The notes: a model not told the origin generated them from the sequence alone. A stretch of 64,000 nucleotides of DNA from a virus (IMGVR_UViG_3300037418_003103); one strand, 5' to 3'; positions 1 to 9,791 are shown, counted from the stretch's first letter. Numbers and translations: made by a program.

Positions 1-12
1 TTTTTTACAAAT

Positions 13-237
13 TTACTGAAAATTATTAATAAAACAATTTTTTTGCTTTATTTGTTGCATTAACATGTAATAAACATCAGTATCGCTAAACAACACATTA
101 AGAAGATTAACATACTTGGTGGCCGTATCCAACTGATCTAATGTTTTGCATGAATCAATTACTAATTCAGCCTTAAGCCATGCTTCTAATAGATATAGAA
201 ACCTAAGAGTAGTGCATTTTTTAACCTTATGTTTCAT
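13..237 (-). CDS. hypothetical protein
   Basis: 74-aa ORF co-oriented with neighbours. Confidence 0.6.
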   Translation of the reverse strand: MKHKVKKCTTLRFLYLLEAWLKAELVIDSCKTLDQLDTATKYVNLLNVLFSDTDVYYMLMQQIKQKNCFINNFQ

Positions 238-282
238 CTTAAGTGTTTTTATATTGGTCTCTAGCGTATTCTTTACTAATGC

Positions 283-852
283 TTAATTATTTATATTATA
301 ATGCTTTTCAGTCCCATCAGCCTTAGAATAAACAATTTCATCTGATTTAATATCAAGTTTAATATCCTCTTCATTCATAAGCTTAATATATTTATCTGCT
401 TTGCCTTTCTTAACATATGCAACTGTCATGTGTGGATGATAGCTATGTTCATTGGTATGTGGTAATTCAGACAGTTTTTTATTAGCTGATTTCAATCCAT
501 CACCATGCATATCAAATTTAAGAACGTCGCACTCAGGAGACTCAAATTTAGAAATATTACCAATTGATACGCCGAATGAAGAAAAAGTATCAATTACTAC
601 TTCAACTTCTTTGTCAGGCACATCAGAATGAATGCCATAAAGTAATGTAATATGAGGCGTCTTTTCAAGAGCATATTTGTTCTCTTCTTTCCCATTCTCA
701 CCCATGTACAAATCATCTCTATCTATAAGATCTAACACAGATTTCCATTCCTTTCTTGGGATTTCAACGTATAGCATCACACAGCCATATTCATAGGATA
801 CTCCCTTTTCTTCTAATAATATTCTAAGTTTTCTTCTTAATTCTATATTCAT
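283..852 (-). CDS. 2H phosphoesterase, T4 57B/Acb1-like
   Basis: Two HxT motifs (PHITL, PHMTV) and GCVMLY; start moved to ATG 852 just downstream of ATATTTAT motif at 857-864. Confidence 0.75.
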   Translation of the reverse strand: MNIELRRKLRILLEEKGVSYEYGCVMLYVEIPRKEWKSVLDLIDRDDLYMGENGKEENKYALEKTPHITLLYGIHSDVPDKEVEVVIDTFSSFGVSIGNISKFESPECDVLKFDMHGDGLKSANKKLSELPHTNEHSYHPHMTVAYVKKGKADKYIKLMNEEDIKLDIKSDEIVYSKADGTEKHYNINN

Positions 853-865
853 ATCAATAAATATA

Positions 866-1738
866 TTAAATAATCCATTTAGCAAGCATAGAGTCTTGCT
901 GGAATATCAAGTCATTATCGGTCACATCTTGATTCAAAATAATATTCTTTAAATGCATAAAGTAACGGTTTCCTGGGACATTAATCATCTTTCTTTTTAT
1001 TACTTCGCCTGTATCAAATGACATAATATTTTTTACTCTAATTGTTTCATTAAATGATTTTATATTATTTATTGAAAATAATTTAATAGTATACTGAAAG
1101 GGTATTGCCAACGAGTTGAAATCGTTGTAATAACTCGATGGAATTTTATTGAACTCTAATATAATCTCATCAGCTTTTTTACCAACAATATGCGGGACTA
1201 AGTAAACTGGCATAGACTCCAATATTATTTGCATCATTTCTTTTTGGATAATACTTAGTCTTTTAGGATTGGTATTGCCAAACACCAATTGTCTATATGA
1301 CTTGGATTCAGCTAAAAAATCATCCAAATTAATCTCACTCTTAACAAAAACATTCCACTCAGGTAGGATTCCTGTTAGGCAAAATGCGTGTTTGAACGCC
1401 TGCCAATTAGCAGCCTTTAAATCAAGAGATACATAATAATTATTCTCTTTAAAATTATTAAAATTTAATTCTGAATAAGTATTTTTATATCTATTCATAT
1501 CAATACTATTCAAATCCATTCCAAGTATTTTAAATTTTTCAATGATAGCATCCATTGATTTCATTTTATATTTTCCTATGTCTTCAACTTCATCCTCTAA
1601 CGCCTTAAGTCTATTTACTGGTTCCATGGTACATATGCCTGCATTTATAAGAGTATTTATGTAATAAACGGCGCTCTCAAGATACGGAATTTTAAATTCT
1701 GGATAGGATTTAGTTAACTCTTTATAATTCATAACCAA
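866..1738 (-). CDS. hypothetical protein, weak polymerase palm-like motifs
   Basis: 290-aa ORF; YVSLDLKAANW and KADEIILEF. Confidence 0.6.
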   Translation of the reverse strand: MVMNYKELTKSYPEFKIPYLESAVYYINTLINAGICTMEPVNRLKALEDEVEDIGKYKMKSMDAIIEKFKILGMDLNSIDMNRYKNTYSELNFNNFKENNYYVSLDLKAANWQAFKHAFCLTGILPEWNVFVKSEINLDDFLAESKSYRQLVFGNTNPKRLSIIQKEMMQIILESMPVYLVPHIVGKKADEIILEFNKIPSSYYNDFNSLAIPFQYTIKLFSINNIKSFNETIRVKNIMSFDTGEVIKRKMINVPGNRYFMHLKNIILNQDVTDNDLIFQQDSMLAKWII

Positions 1739-1749
1739 CTTTTTAAATA

Positions 1750-1757
1750 CAAATATA
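1750..1757 (-). promoter_or_regulatory. Bacteroidota-type -7 promoter box TATATTTG
   Basis: Matches TAnnTTTG; same box on minus strand at 3576-3583, 5872-5879, 7087-7094, 9818-9825, 11480-11487, 17488-17495, 43966-43973, each shortly upstream of a gene. Confidence 0.7.
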
Positions 1758-1798
1758 TTAAAAATTGCTTAAAAAACCAACTCTATTCAAAAATTTAA

Positions 1799-1806
1799 AT
1801 ATTTAT
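1799..1806 (+). promoter_or_regulatory. putative phage late promoter ATATTTAT
   Basis: Recurs within about 25 nt upstream of starts: 857-864(-), 7879-7886(-), 9374-9381(-), 10893-10900(-), 14532-14539(-), 18190-18197(-), 20227-20234(+), 29052-29059(-), 31850-31857(-), 35001-35008(-), 41126-41133(+), 50836-50843(-). Confidence 0.65.
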
Positions 1807-1811
1807 GTAAG

Positions 1812-2567
1812 ATGAAACTAATCAAACTATATGAGTCTCTTTTGAATGAAGCCGCAGTAACTTCGTGCGTTGCTAAATTTGGCTATGAATTATTTGGACA
1901 AGAATTAGGTGGGAGAGAAAAGGATACTCCAACTGAGACAAATTATATTGATTTGATCAACAAATTCACAAGGGTCGAGTTCGGTAGGAAAATAAATCCT
2001 GGATTTGTAACGGCTATTGATAACCTTAAAAGATGCACTTCAGAATACCCAGATGTTCTTATACCAGAAAAAGAAAAAGTTTATAGAGGCATAATGATAC
2101 CGTTAAGGTATTTTATAAATACAAAATCTCAAATTCTTATAGATAAACCCATTAGCTATATATACAAAGCATCTAACATGGTTCAAAGCTGGTCTACCAG
2201 TAAAGAATCAGCAAGTTTGTTTGGCTTTGCTGATAGCATTTTTGAATTATACAATGAGTATATAGAAAACGGGTACAATAAATCCAAGTCAGCGACTTAT
2301 CAATTTTTTGAGGACATTAAAACTAAACACTCAGATATTAAAATTCCTTTTATACTCCAATACTCTACCAATAAATCAGAATTTCTATTTAAATCAAAAT
2401 TTCTGAGTATATTATCTTTTCAGGTGGCTGAGAACGAAGTCCTTAGGGTGGATAATAAGCCAATCGAAACGCTAGCCTATTTTAATTCAAATACAGAAGA
2501 CTTTGATTATTTACCATTAGAGGCAACTCAAATGCTCAGTGATTTCTCTAATTATATTACGATGTAG
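1812..2567 (+). CDS. putative ADP-ribosyltransferase (R-S-E clade)
   Basis: VYRG, QSWSTS, ENEVL in canonical order; N-terminal LYESLLNE. Confidence 0.55.
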   Translation: MKLIKLYESLLNEAAVTSCVAKFGYELFGQELGGREKDTPTETNYIDLINKFTRVEFGRKINPGFVTAIDNLKRCTSEYPDVLIPEKEKVYRGIMIPLRYFINTKSQILIDKPISYIYKASNMVQSWSTSKESASLFGFADSIFELYNEYIENGYNKSKSATYQFFEDIKTKHSDIKIPFILQYSTNKSEFLFKSKFLSILSFQVAENEVLRVDNKPIETLAYFNSNTEDFDYLPLEATQMLSDFSNYITM

Positions 2568-2615
2568 ACTTTACTTATTTAGTTTTTTTCATATTTTAAT
2601 TCAAAGAATTAAAAT

Positions 2616-3038
2616 ATGAAAAAAGTATTTTTAGGTGGTACAACCAATAATTCAAATTGGAGAGACGAATTAATAGATAAACTTAGAATTGAGTTCTTCA
2701 ATCCAGTTGTTAAGGACTGGAATGAAAAAGCACAAAGAGAAGAAATTAAACAAAGAGAAGAATGTGATTTTGTTCTTTATGTAATTACTCCTAAGATGGA
2801 AGGAGTATACAGCATTGCAGAAACCATAGAAGACGCTATTAAACGGCCTAAAAAAACAATATTTGCTTATTTATTAGAAGATGATAAAAAGGAATTTTCC
2901 AAGCATCAGGTTAAATCACTTGATATGGTCGGCTCTATGGTTAAGGAAAACGGTGCAAAATGGTTTAAATCATTAGACGAGATCGCTGATTACCTTAATT
3001 TCCAGGGCTTAAATACTTATAAAACTTCCAAGGATTAA
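2616..3038 (+). CDS. nucleoside 2-deoxyribosyltransferase-like protein
   Basis: KVFLGGT..NWR, FFNP, GVYSIAE. Confidence 0.7.
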   Translation: MKKVFLGGTTNNSNWRDELIDKLRIEFFNPVVKDWNEKAQREEIKQREECDFVLYVITPKMEGVYSIAETIEDAIKRPKKTIFAYLLEDDKKEFSKHQVKSLDMVGSMVKENGAKWFKSLDEIADYLNFQGLNTYKTSKD

Positions 3039-3556
3039 TATAGATCTTCCGAAAATAATTCCTTACTGGAATAGTTTAACTTGCCTCCGTTGGCTACAAA
3101 TATCATGGCAGCTTCCGTTCTGTCGACGAATCTGTTTTTATTGGTTAGGAAGCCCTGCACGTATTCTCCCGCTTCCGTAGTAACGCTTCTCTTGCCAGTC
3201 AGGGCAATGAACTGATGGATGGCATCACCATGCCTGTAACCGCATAACACGACGCCTCTATCCACGTTTTTCACCTGTATCTTTGCTGATGGTTGATCCT
3301 TGTACCAGACAGCGCTACAGATTATCCTCTCAATAGTTGTTGGCTCTTTATCTGAGTCTGATTTATTTTTCTCTATAATATTATTATTCTTTACAAGAAG
3401 ACTTAACGCTTTGGTTTCTACTATAAGTTCATTTACCTTACTGAGTTCATCCTTTTTAAGGAGTCTTGATCTGCTCAATCTATGAAAGCAGCCTAACCTT
3501 GAATTTATTGATGCGTAAAGGCTTCTTCTGTAATCGTAATATGTTTTTTTAATCAC
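3035..3556 (-). CDS. phage hypothetical protein
   Basis: 173-aa ORF; ICSAVWY, G.RH, QGFLTNKNRFVDR. Confidence 0.7.
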   Translation of the reverse strand: MIKKTYYDYRRSLYASINSRLGCFHRLSRSRLLKKDELSKVNELIVETKALSLLVKNNNIIEKNKSDSDKEPTTIERIICSAVWYKDQPSAKIQVKNVDRGVVLCGYRHGDAIHQFIALTGKRSVTTEAGEYVQGFLTNKNRFVDRTEAAMIFVANGGKLNYSSKELFSEDLY

Positions 3557-3603
3557 AATGTTTTAATTATAACAACAAAAATAAGATTAATTAATTAAAA
3601 ACA

Positions 3604-3631
3604 AAAAAAAATCCCCGTTTTTGGGGATTTT
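3604..3631 (-). terminator. intrinsic terminator
   Basis: AAAATCCCC/GGGGATTTT hairpin followed by T run, downstream of 3653..4732. Confidence 0.65.
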
Positions 3632-3652
3632 AATTCTAAAATTAAATAAATA

Positions 3653-4732
3653 CTATACCAGTTCTTTGCTCTTAGCTTTACTGCGAGATTTTAATTTTCT
3701 GGTTTTTGGCTGAGGTTCTTTGTTTTTTTCCGATTCTTGTTTAATATCTTCTTTTGAAGAAGACAATTCAGTCCTGGCCCTCAATTTAATTTCAGGTTTT
3801 GCTTTGGACTGCGATTTTTGTTCAGTCTTCTTTTTACTATCAGATTCTACTTCCTGAGTTTTAACTTCATCCGTTTCAATAGCCGTCTCAGATTCATTAG
3901 AATCGTCAAGCATATATTCGTTATTCTTACTCTGTTTATCTAATTTAAGTTTTTGCTTACGCACACCATAATTATATAATTTAAGCAATTCTTCAATTTG
4001 AAGTTGCTGACGCGGCTGCCTGTGAACTATCCCGCTCGCTTCTTTCAATTTGTTTAACATTTTTTCAGGAGAATAGCCATTAAGGCTCGCTACTCTGATA
4101 TATGCCTTAAAGAAAATGGTTGTATCAGCAAAATCGTAAAACTCTCTAAATACCTGAAAATTGCTAAGCAACTCATTAATCTTCTCATCACTCATTTTGA
4201 ACTTAAATTTACCTGCTTTGGTTAAATCGGTAACCGTCTGATTTTTATCTACACTTCCTTTGCCTAGAGCTAAGAGATTTGTTGTATGAAGGCCATATTT
4301 TTCGCTGTACTCAACCAATTTAACATATGATTCCACACCTCTTTTATAGTAGTGAATAATATAATCAAGTGTTGACCAATTCTTAGATGCTTGGTTGATA
4401 TCAGCAGCATCGTTGATCATAACCTCATTTGAAATTATGAAGTAAATTGGTAATCCAAGTTCCATGCAAACAAGAAATCTGTGCTGACCATCAATAATCA
4501 CCAGCCTGTTATCTACAAGTATTGGATTGTACTGTGTTAAATCATTTTTTTTAATACTTTCACTTAACTTCTTAGAAAGTGAAGGAACACGATTGAATTC
4601 CGAAAGAGTAAATCTATCATAATCCTCACTCACGTATATCTTTGTTTTTGATACAGTAAGTGTTTTAGGATCAACAATCGTTAATTCGTGGTTTTGATTA
4701 GCCACTTCATTTTTTTCAATTACATTTTCCAT
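3653..4732 (-). CDS. ParB/Srx N-terminal domain protein with charged tail
   Basis: PILVD..IIDGQHR. Confidence 0.7.
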   Translation of the reverse strand: MENVIEKNEVANQNHELTIVDPKTLTVSKTKIYVSEDYDRFTLSEFNRVPSLSKKLSESIKKNDLTQYNPILVDNRLVIIDGQHRFLVCMELGLPIYFIISNEVMINDAADINQASKNWSTLDYIIHYYKRGVESYVKLVEYSEKYGLHTTNLLALGKGSVDKNQTVTDLTKAGKFKFKMSDEKINELLSNFQVFREFYDFADTTIFFKAYIRVASLNGYSPEKMLNKLKEASGIVHRQPRQQLQIEELLKLYNYGVRKQKLKLDKQSKNNEYMLDDSNESETAIETDEVKTQEVESDSKKKTEQKSQSKAKPEIKLRARTELSSSKEDIKQESEKNKEPQPKTRKLKSRSKAKSKELV

Positions 4733-4781
4733 TTTTTAAATTTTATGTTATTAAATTGTTTGGAAAACGTATTATCAAACG

Positions 4782-5846
4782 CTATGCCAAATTTAAACTT
4801 TCTTTTTCTTCTCTTAAAAAATACTCAAGAGCAACGGCTGAAATTTTCTTATTTAACTCCTTTAATTCAAAGCCAGAATCCTTTATGGTTTCGAGTTCTT
4901 CTTTAATAATATCGTTTATTACCAGTTTAATATATTCACCAATATGACGTCTATGAATAGCTCCTCCATTTAGAAGATGACAGGCTTTTGTAAGCATTTG
5001 GTCAAGTCTCCATGTGGGGGTTATTTTGTCAACTACTTCACTAATTTTATTATTTCTATCAATGTCAATAGGAGAGGCAACAGGCTTATCTTTTGGCTTG
5101 CCTGCATGTTTATCTCCCTTAGCTTTAAAACGGTAAATTTGGCCGTTTAAATGGCCAATACCAACAATTCCTTCGCCTATACCAGAAAATCCAAATGCCT
5201 TTCCTACTGGACATTCAGTTTCAACTTCTTTAACTATCTGATCAATAAGCTGTTGGGAACTTGCTGGGTCATTAAAGTCTATGTCCAGAGTATAGGTTTT
5301 ATAATCATTTATATTATATATCCTGTTACCAGGTGCCCTTAGGTTTGAGGAATCAACCCAATAAGCAACAGAATCAACCCCGTCCTTTGGATGTGGAGTG
5401 ATCTTTACTCCTATTATAAACATAGATTTATCTAAGTTGTTAATTGCCACGCCCTTTTGGATTCCTTTTCCCACCCACTCAGCGTATATTGTTATTGTAT
5501 TAGTTGATAAGTCCAAAGAATTCCTGCTTTTAATTTGATTAAATAACACTTCTAAAGCCGATTTATTTCTTTCGCAAAAAAGAGCCGATCCAGCGTTGTC
5601 ATTACCAATACTGATTATGCTTTCTTTTGATTGAACCCACATGCCTACCAGGTCGTTCATACAGACGCCTAAATTAGTTCCATGTAATTTTACAGTAAAA
5701 TCGAACCTGATAGTAGGTTTAGGGAGTGATTCATCATATGTTGGATCTCCATTTTCATCTAAACCTGTAAATTCTGAATATCTTTTTACAGCATATACGG
5801 TATTAATATACTGTCCGATATCTGGGAAGCTAATTTGTTTTTTCAT
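4782..5846 (-). CDS. ATP-dependent RNA ligase, Rnl2-like
   Basis: Motif I KLHGTN, YAEW, GEGIV, RFKAK. Confidence 0.8.
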   Translation of the reverse strand: MKKQISFPDIGQYINTVYAVKRYSEFTGLDENGDPTYDESLPKPTIRFDFTVKLHGTNLGVCMNDLVGMWVQSKESIISIGNDNAGSALFCERNKSALEVLFNQIKSRNSLDLSTNTITIYAEWVGKGIQKGVAINNLDKSMFIIGVKITPHPKDGVDSVAYWVDSSNLRAPGNRIYNINDYKTYTLDIDFNDPASSQQLIDQIVKEVETECPVGKAFGFSGIGEGIVGIGHLNGQIYRFKAKGDKHAGKPKDKPVASPIDIDRNNKISEVVDKITPTWRLDQMLTKACHLLNGGAIHRRHIGEYIKLVINDIIKEELETIKDSGFELKELNKKISAVALEYFLREEKESLNLA

Positions 5847-5899
5847 ATTTTAATTTTAAAATATGAAAAAACAAATATAAGTAAAGTCTAAAGCTTGCT

Positions 5900-6523
5900 T
5901 TATTTTACGTTTCGAAAAGAAGTCTTCAGATCAAAACCAGCTGAAAGTATTTTCTCTTTATTGGTTTGATTATTAGGAATATCCTTTGTTCTGGACAGCC
6001 AATTTGATAACTGAATCCATAAGTCTTCTGCTGGCAAGACCCTTTGAAAGCCGTAATCAGCGAGTATCGGAAATTTAGAAAACTCCTGATGGTGTTCGAA
6101 ATAATGGTAGTCGCGGTGTTTGTAAGTTAGGCCTAACTCGCCACCTAAAACGTTGATCAATATAGGATAATTCAACTTATCGTTAACCACTGAGTTAACT
6201 CTTTTTTTTAAGACCTGTGTTAAGGATTGATTCGAAAGTTTAAGGTCAACAGTATAATAATCCTTCTCGTCACCGCCTCTGATCCAGTATCTTCTTTTTT
6301 TGCTCTTAAGAGCAATTTTTTCAATATCAGACTCCCAATAATACTGACCATTCAGACATACTCCTTCATATTCATATCCGCAAATATAAATATTAACCAG
6401 ACCATTTGGCGGGAATTTAGGTGTCCTATAGAACTCAGTCCTATCAAGGATTAACTTTTCATCAATTCCATATATTCCCTGCAGATAATCGTAATAATCC
6501 TTAAATTTGCTAATTATTTTCAT
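5900..6523 (-). CDS. hypothetical protein
   Basis: 207-aa ORF; MKIISKFKDYYD ... GFDLKTSFR. Confidence 0.75.
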   Translation of the reverse strand: MKIISKFKDYYDYLQGIYGIDEKLILDRTEFYRTPKFPPNGLVNIYICGYEYEGVCLNGQYYWESDIEKIALKSKKRRYWIRGGDEKDYYTVDLKLSNQSLTQVLKKRVNSVVNDKLNYPILINVLGGELGLTYKHRDYHYFEHHQEFSKFPILADYGFQRVLPAEDLWIQLSNWLSRTKDIPNNQTNKEKILSAGFDLKTSFRNVK

Positions 6524-7071
6524 GTTAACTGGGTAGTTTTCTCTACACGATTTGAATCAAGTATCTCTGATGCTTTTATCATTAATTCATCAAGATACTG
6601 CCACATTTCCGTTTCTGGACCAATGTGCCTGAGTGCTGTTGTAAAATCTATATGTTCTTTAACATACATTCTAAGCTTATCAATATTTTTCATCCTGGTC
6701 GCATGAGATATATTTGCAATTCTATCAGCAAGCTTGATAACCAATGCTTTAGGATATAAATTTATTTTCTGATATACCCTTTCTTTCTTCTCTTTTCTTG
6801 TTCTAGCATCGCTTGGGTCAGTAACAGCTAGAACCATTTCAGCTACGTTAAGGCCAAATAAATTTTTTATTTTACTGTAAGTTAATGCGGCATCCTCGAT
6901 GCTATCATGCAGTGCACCCGCAGAAATATAGTCACCAGCATACCCAAATTGTTGAATAACGTCCACAACATCCTGCAGATGTTTCTCGTATGGAAATATA
7001 TCGTACATTTGGTTCTTGTGTGCTGAAAAAGCAACCATTTTAGCCTCTTCGTTTGCCTTTGAATAAAACAT
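6520..7071 (-). CDS. HD-domain (p)ppGpp hydrolase-like protein (small alarmone hydrolase/Mesh1-like)
   Basis: AH..Q, PY..H, LHDSIED, KLADRIAN. Confidence 0.75.
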   Translation of the reverse strand: MFYSKANEEAKMVAFSAHKNQMYDIFPYEKHLQDVVDVIQQFGYAGDYISAGALHDSIEDAALTYSKIKNLFGLNVAEMVLAVTDPSDARTRKEKKERVYQKINLYPKALVIKLADRIANISHATRMKNIDKLRMYVKEHIDFTTALRHIGPETEMWQYLDELMIKASEILDSNRVEKTTQLT

Positions 7072-7139
7072 AAAAAGTATTTATTGCAAAATTACAAAAA
7101 ATATAATTAAAAACCAATTTTAAATTAAAATTATTGCTT

Positions 7140-7862
7140 TTATAAATTAACATACTCTGTTCCAGGTATAAAGTCCTTGGCATTATGCTTCTTTAAAAGA
7201 TCTCTCCAACCGTAGCCAAATGTTTTTTGGAAATGTGGAAGATCTAAAAAAGTTTTCCAACTGCCCCCCCATTCCCATCCATATTTTTTGAATAATGATA
7301 CAACTTCCATCCAGTCAGAAATGCCGTCGTTATCCCAATCCTTCCTTGAATCCCAGCTTGCTTCTCTTCCATCAATAACAAAGGCAAAATCGATAGCGAC
7401 GCCAAAATTATGAAGGCTCTGGCCCTGCTGAGCATTGGTAACTACATTTCCCATGGGTTTACGTGAACTACGTCCATCAGGATTAACTACGCTTCTACCC
7501 AAGTTGTATAGATCTTGTTGTTCTTTAAATGTTCTTAGTGTAAAAGTGTATCGACAAGCCGCTCTACCAGTTAGTGCTTTGGTTGTTTCATAAAGGATTT
7601 GTGTGGCTTCCGCCCGTAACTTGGGGTGAAGTAGCTTTATTCTTTGAAGAGAAATATTATCTAGTTCTACCTTTGGAGCTTCTATCTGAACCTCAAATAA
7701 CGCATTGATTGTATTTTGGCCGATAATACCATCTACTGTGAGATGCTTATCTGCTTGAAACTTTTTAATGGCATTACTTGTATTGGTTCCAGGAATTCCG
7801 TCAACAATCAGTGGTCCGTATCCCTTTTTATTTAATTGTGCCTGTACTAATTTTAAATCCAT
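7140..7862 (-). CDS. endolysin: peptidoglycan-binding domain + M15 L-Ala-D-Glu peptidase
   Basis: VDGI.G..T repeats; SLHNFGVAID; D.PHFQ. Confidence 0.85.
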   Translation of the reverse strand: MDLKLVQAQLNKKGYGPLIVDGIPGTNTSNAIKKFQADKHLTVDGIIGQNTINALFEVQIEAPKVELDNISLQRIKLLHPKLRAEATQILYETTKALTGRAACRYTFTLRTFKEQQDLYNLGRSVVNPDGRSSRKPMGNVVTNAQQGQSLHNFGVAIDFAFVIDGREASWDSRKDWDNDGISDWMEVVSLFKKYGWEWGGSWKTFLDLPHFQKTFGYGWRDLLKKHNAKDFIPGTEYVNL

Positions 7863-7907
7863 AATTATTTATTTAATAATAAATATTTATAGATTAGAAA
7901 ATCAACC

Positions 7908-8288
7908 TTATTCCTGAGTATTATCACTCGGATCTGGCTGAGGATTCTCCATTTGTCCATAGTTTACCTCACTCTGAGTAATATCTGGTATGCTTGCTTT
8001 AGATTTAGCTCTTTCAATCATTACCTGACCCATGTTATCAATAGAAATAAATCCTAGTCCAGATAAGATAATATAGAAATCGTATTCCAGTACTCCTTTT
8101 AATAATTCCATTAAATCAGGTTCAACTCGCCCCTTTGGAAGATAGAAAATAACATAGAATGCGAAAAATAGAATTGCAAAAGAAGCTATTATAAAGTGTA
8201 ATGAGATAATAAGTGTGACTAACCGTTTACTACTAAAAGTATCAGTTGAAGAAAGAATTCTACCCCAAAAAATTTTAATTGATCTCAT
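7908..8288 (-). CDS. putative holin
   Basis: Two hydrophobic segments, SSKR motif, adjacent to endolysin. Confidence 0.55.
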   Translation of the reverse strand: MRSIKIFWGRILSSTDTFSSKRLVTLIISLHFIIASFAILFFAFYVIFYLPKGRVEPDLMELLKGVLEYDFYIILSGLGFISIDNMGQVMIERAKSKASIPDITQSEVNYGQMENPQPDPSDNTQE

Positions 8289-8299
8289 ACAAAATAATT

Positions 8300-8968
8300 T
8301 TAACTATAATAATCTTTCCATGTTGACTGAGTTAATCCATAGTCTACTACGACGATAACATCTTCTCCGTCTCTATTTACCAGGCCATAAGAACTAATAT
8401 GACCAAAGTCTCCAACACCACAATCAGCATCAAGAGAATAACTTAATAAGTGCTCAGCAAATTGGCTCTCGTTAAGTATTTCTAAAACGCTATCATCTAT
8501 TCTAAAAATATTTTTTCTTCCGTTATTTTGTTCGACCCTATTTCTTAAAAACATCCCCAGTTCGTCAACACTAAAGTTCAATAGCTTCTTAAAATCACTT
8601 GGTTTTACTCGTCGAGCTAGTTCCATTTCCAACCAATAATCCTTTTGATGATAGTTGAATATTCTTGCTAGTATTGGCTGATAGTATCCATCGTCCTTCC
8701 ATGCTGCCTCATTAGCATTCTGTTGAACTCCTTTCTCATTCCAGGCAAGCTTAAGAACCTTTTCATCATCAATCTTATAAACAATTCTTCCTGAGCCTGA
8801 ACTGATCCTGATTAGATTCTCAGTGCAATACTTCTTTCTATCCGCAAAAGAGTGAAGCGTTTTAAATTTCTCTACGTCCCATGAAGTGGGATACTCTTCA
8901 TCAATTACAGTCTCTATAAGAGTCTTGTTTAATTCTTCGTTTAGTCTCTTTTGTAAAAATTTCTTCAT
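8300..8968 (-). CDS. protein kinase-like fold protein
   Basis: GSGRIVY, VLKLA, N.NE, VVVDYG. Confidence 0.5.
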   Translation of the reverse strand: MKKFLQKRLNEELNKTLIETVIDEEYPTSWDVEKFKTLHSFADRKKYCTENLIRISSGSGRIVYKIDDEKVLKLAWNEKGVQQNANEAAWKDDGYYQPILARIFNYHQKDYWLEMELARRVKPSDFKKLLNFSVDELGMFLRNRVEQNNGRKNIFRIDDSVLEILNESQFAEHLLSYSLDADCGVGDFGHISSYGLVNRDGEDVIVVVDYGLTQSTWKDYYS

Positions 8969-9363
8969 TATTTAACAAAGGACTTCGTTCCAATGATTTT
9001 CATATCATCTGAATTCCTGTCAATAAATATGTAGGAATATGAAACAAGATCGAACTCATTTAAGTGATTGATAACTTCTTCTGCAGTAAAACAACTACAT
9101 GAATAAATATCAAATTGTATCATAGCTGGATTATCTTTTTCCCAGCAATGGAGTGAGGCATGGCTTGTTGCCAAGGTGACTGTACCTGTTACGCCTTCGT
9201 TACCAGGTTCATCTACGTAAACACTTGTTGGACCAGCAATCACTTTCATCCGTACCTTTTCTACAAGTCTGGTGAACCAGTTATTAAGTTCATCAGTCTT
9301 AAGTGGCGGCTTATTACAGTACGCTTTAACAATGAGATGCAAGTGATTTGGAATGAATGGCAT
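8968..9363 (-). CDS. speD: S-adenosylmethionine decarboxylase-like proenzyme
   Basis: G.TG...LATSHASLHCW, FDIYSC. Confidence 0.75.
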   Translation of the reverse strand: MPFIPNHLHLIVKAYCNKPPLKTDELNNWFTRLVEKVRMKVIAGPTSVYVDEPGNEGVTGTVTLATSHASLHCWEKDNPAMIQFDIYSCSCFTAEEVINHLNEFDLVSYSYIFIDRNSDDMKIIGTKSFVK

Positions 9364-9422
9364 TTTTTATAATATAAATATAAGATTTATAATATAAAAA
9401 TAAAAAACCAGAATTAATGTGG

Positions 9423-9791
9423 CTAAAAAACTTCTGAAACTTCTACTCTTATGAGTCCCTGTTTTAGACTGAATCCTATCTTATGAGCGGCTGCAAGTGA
9501 TAGATCAACTATTCTCCCCATTCGGGACATTCTGTGAGCCATTCTATCATTAATCTTTACAATAACACTCTTACCAGTCTTTAAGTTCTTAACCAATACC
9601 CTCGCGCCTAGTTTAAAGTTATTGCTGGCTGCAGTTAATTTCTTATGACTAAATACATCTCCTGATGTTGTTGGTGAGCCTTCCAGACTCCTAGCATAGA
9701 TACTTGCTATTCCATGCTTAACATGATGTGATTTATTTAAGCCTAAATTTGTATTCAGCAATATAAAAAATACTAATGGAAATTTAATCAT
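9423..9791 (-). CDS. rlpA: RlpA-family lytic transglycosylase
   Basis: GIASIY, LTAAS, VKINDR, IVDLS; signal peptide. Confidence 0.85.
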   Translation of the reverse strand: MIKFPLVFFILLNTNLGLNKSHHVKHGIASIYARSLEGSPTTSGDVFSHKKLTAASNNFKLGARVLVKNLKTGKSVIVKINDRMAHRMSRMGRIVDLSLAAAHKIGFSLKQGLIRVEVSEVF

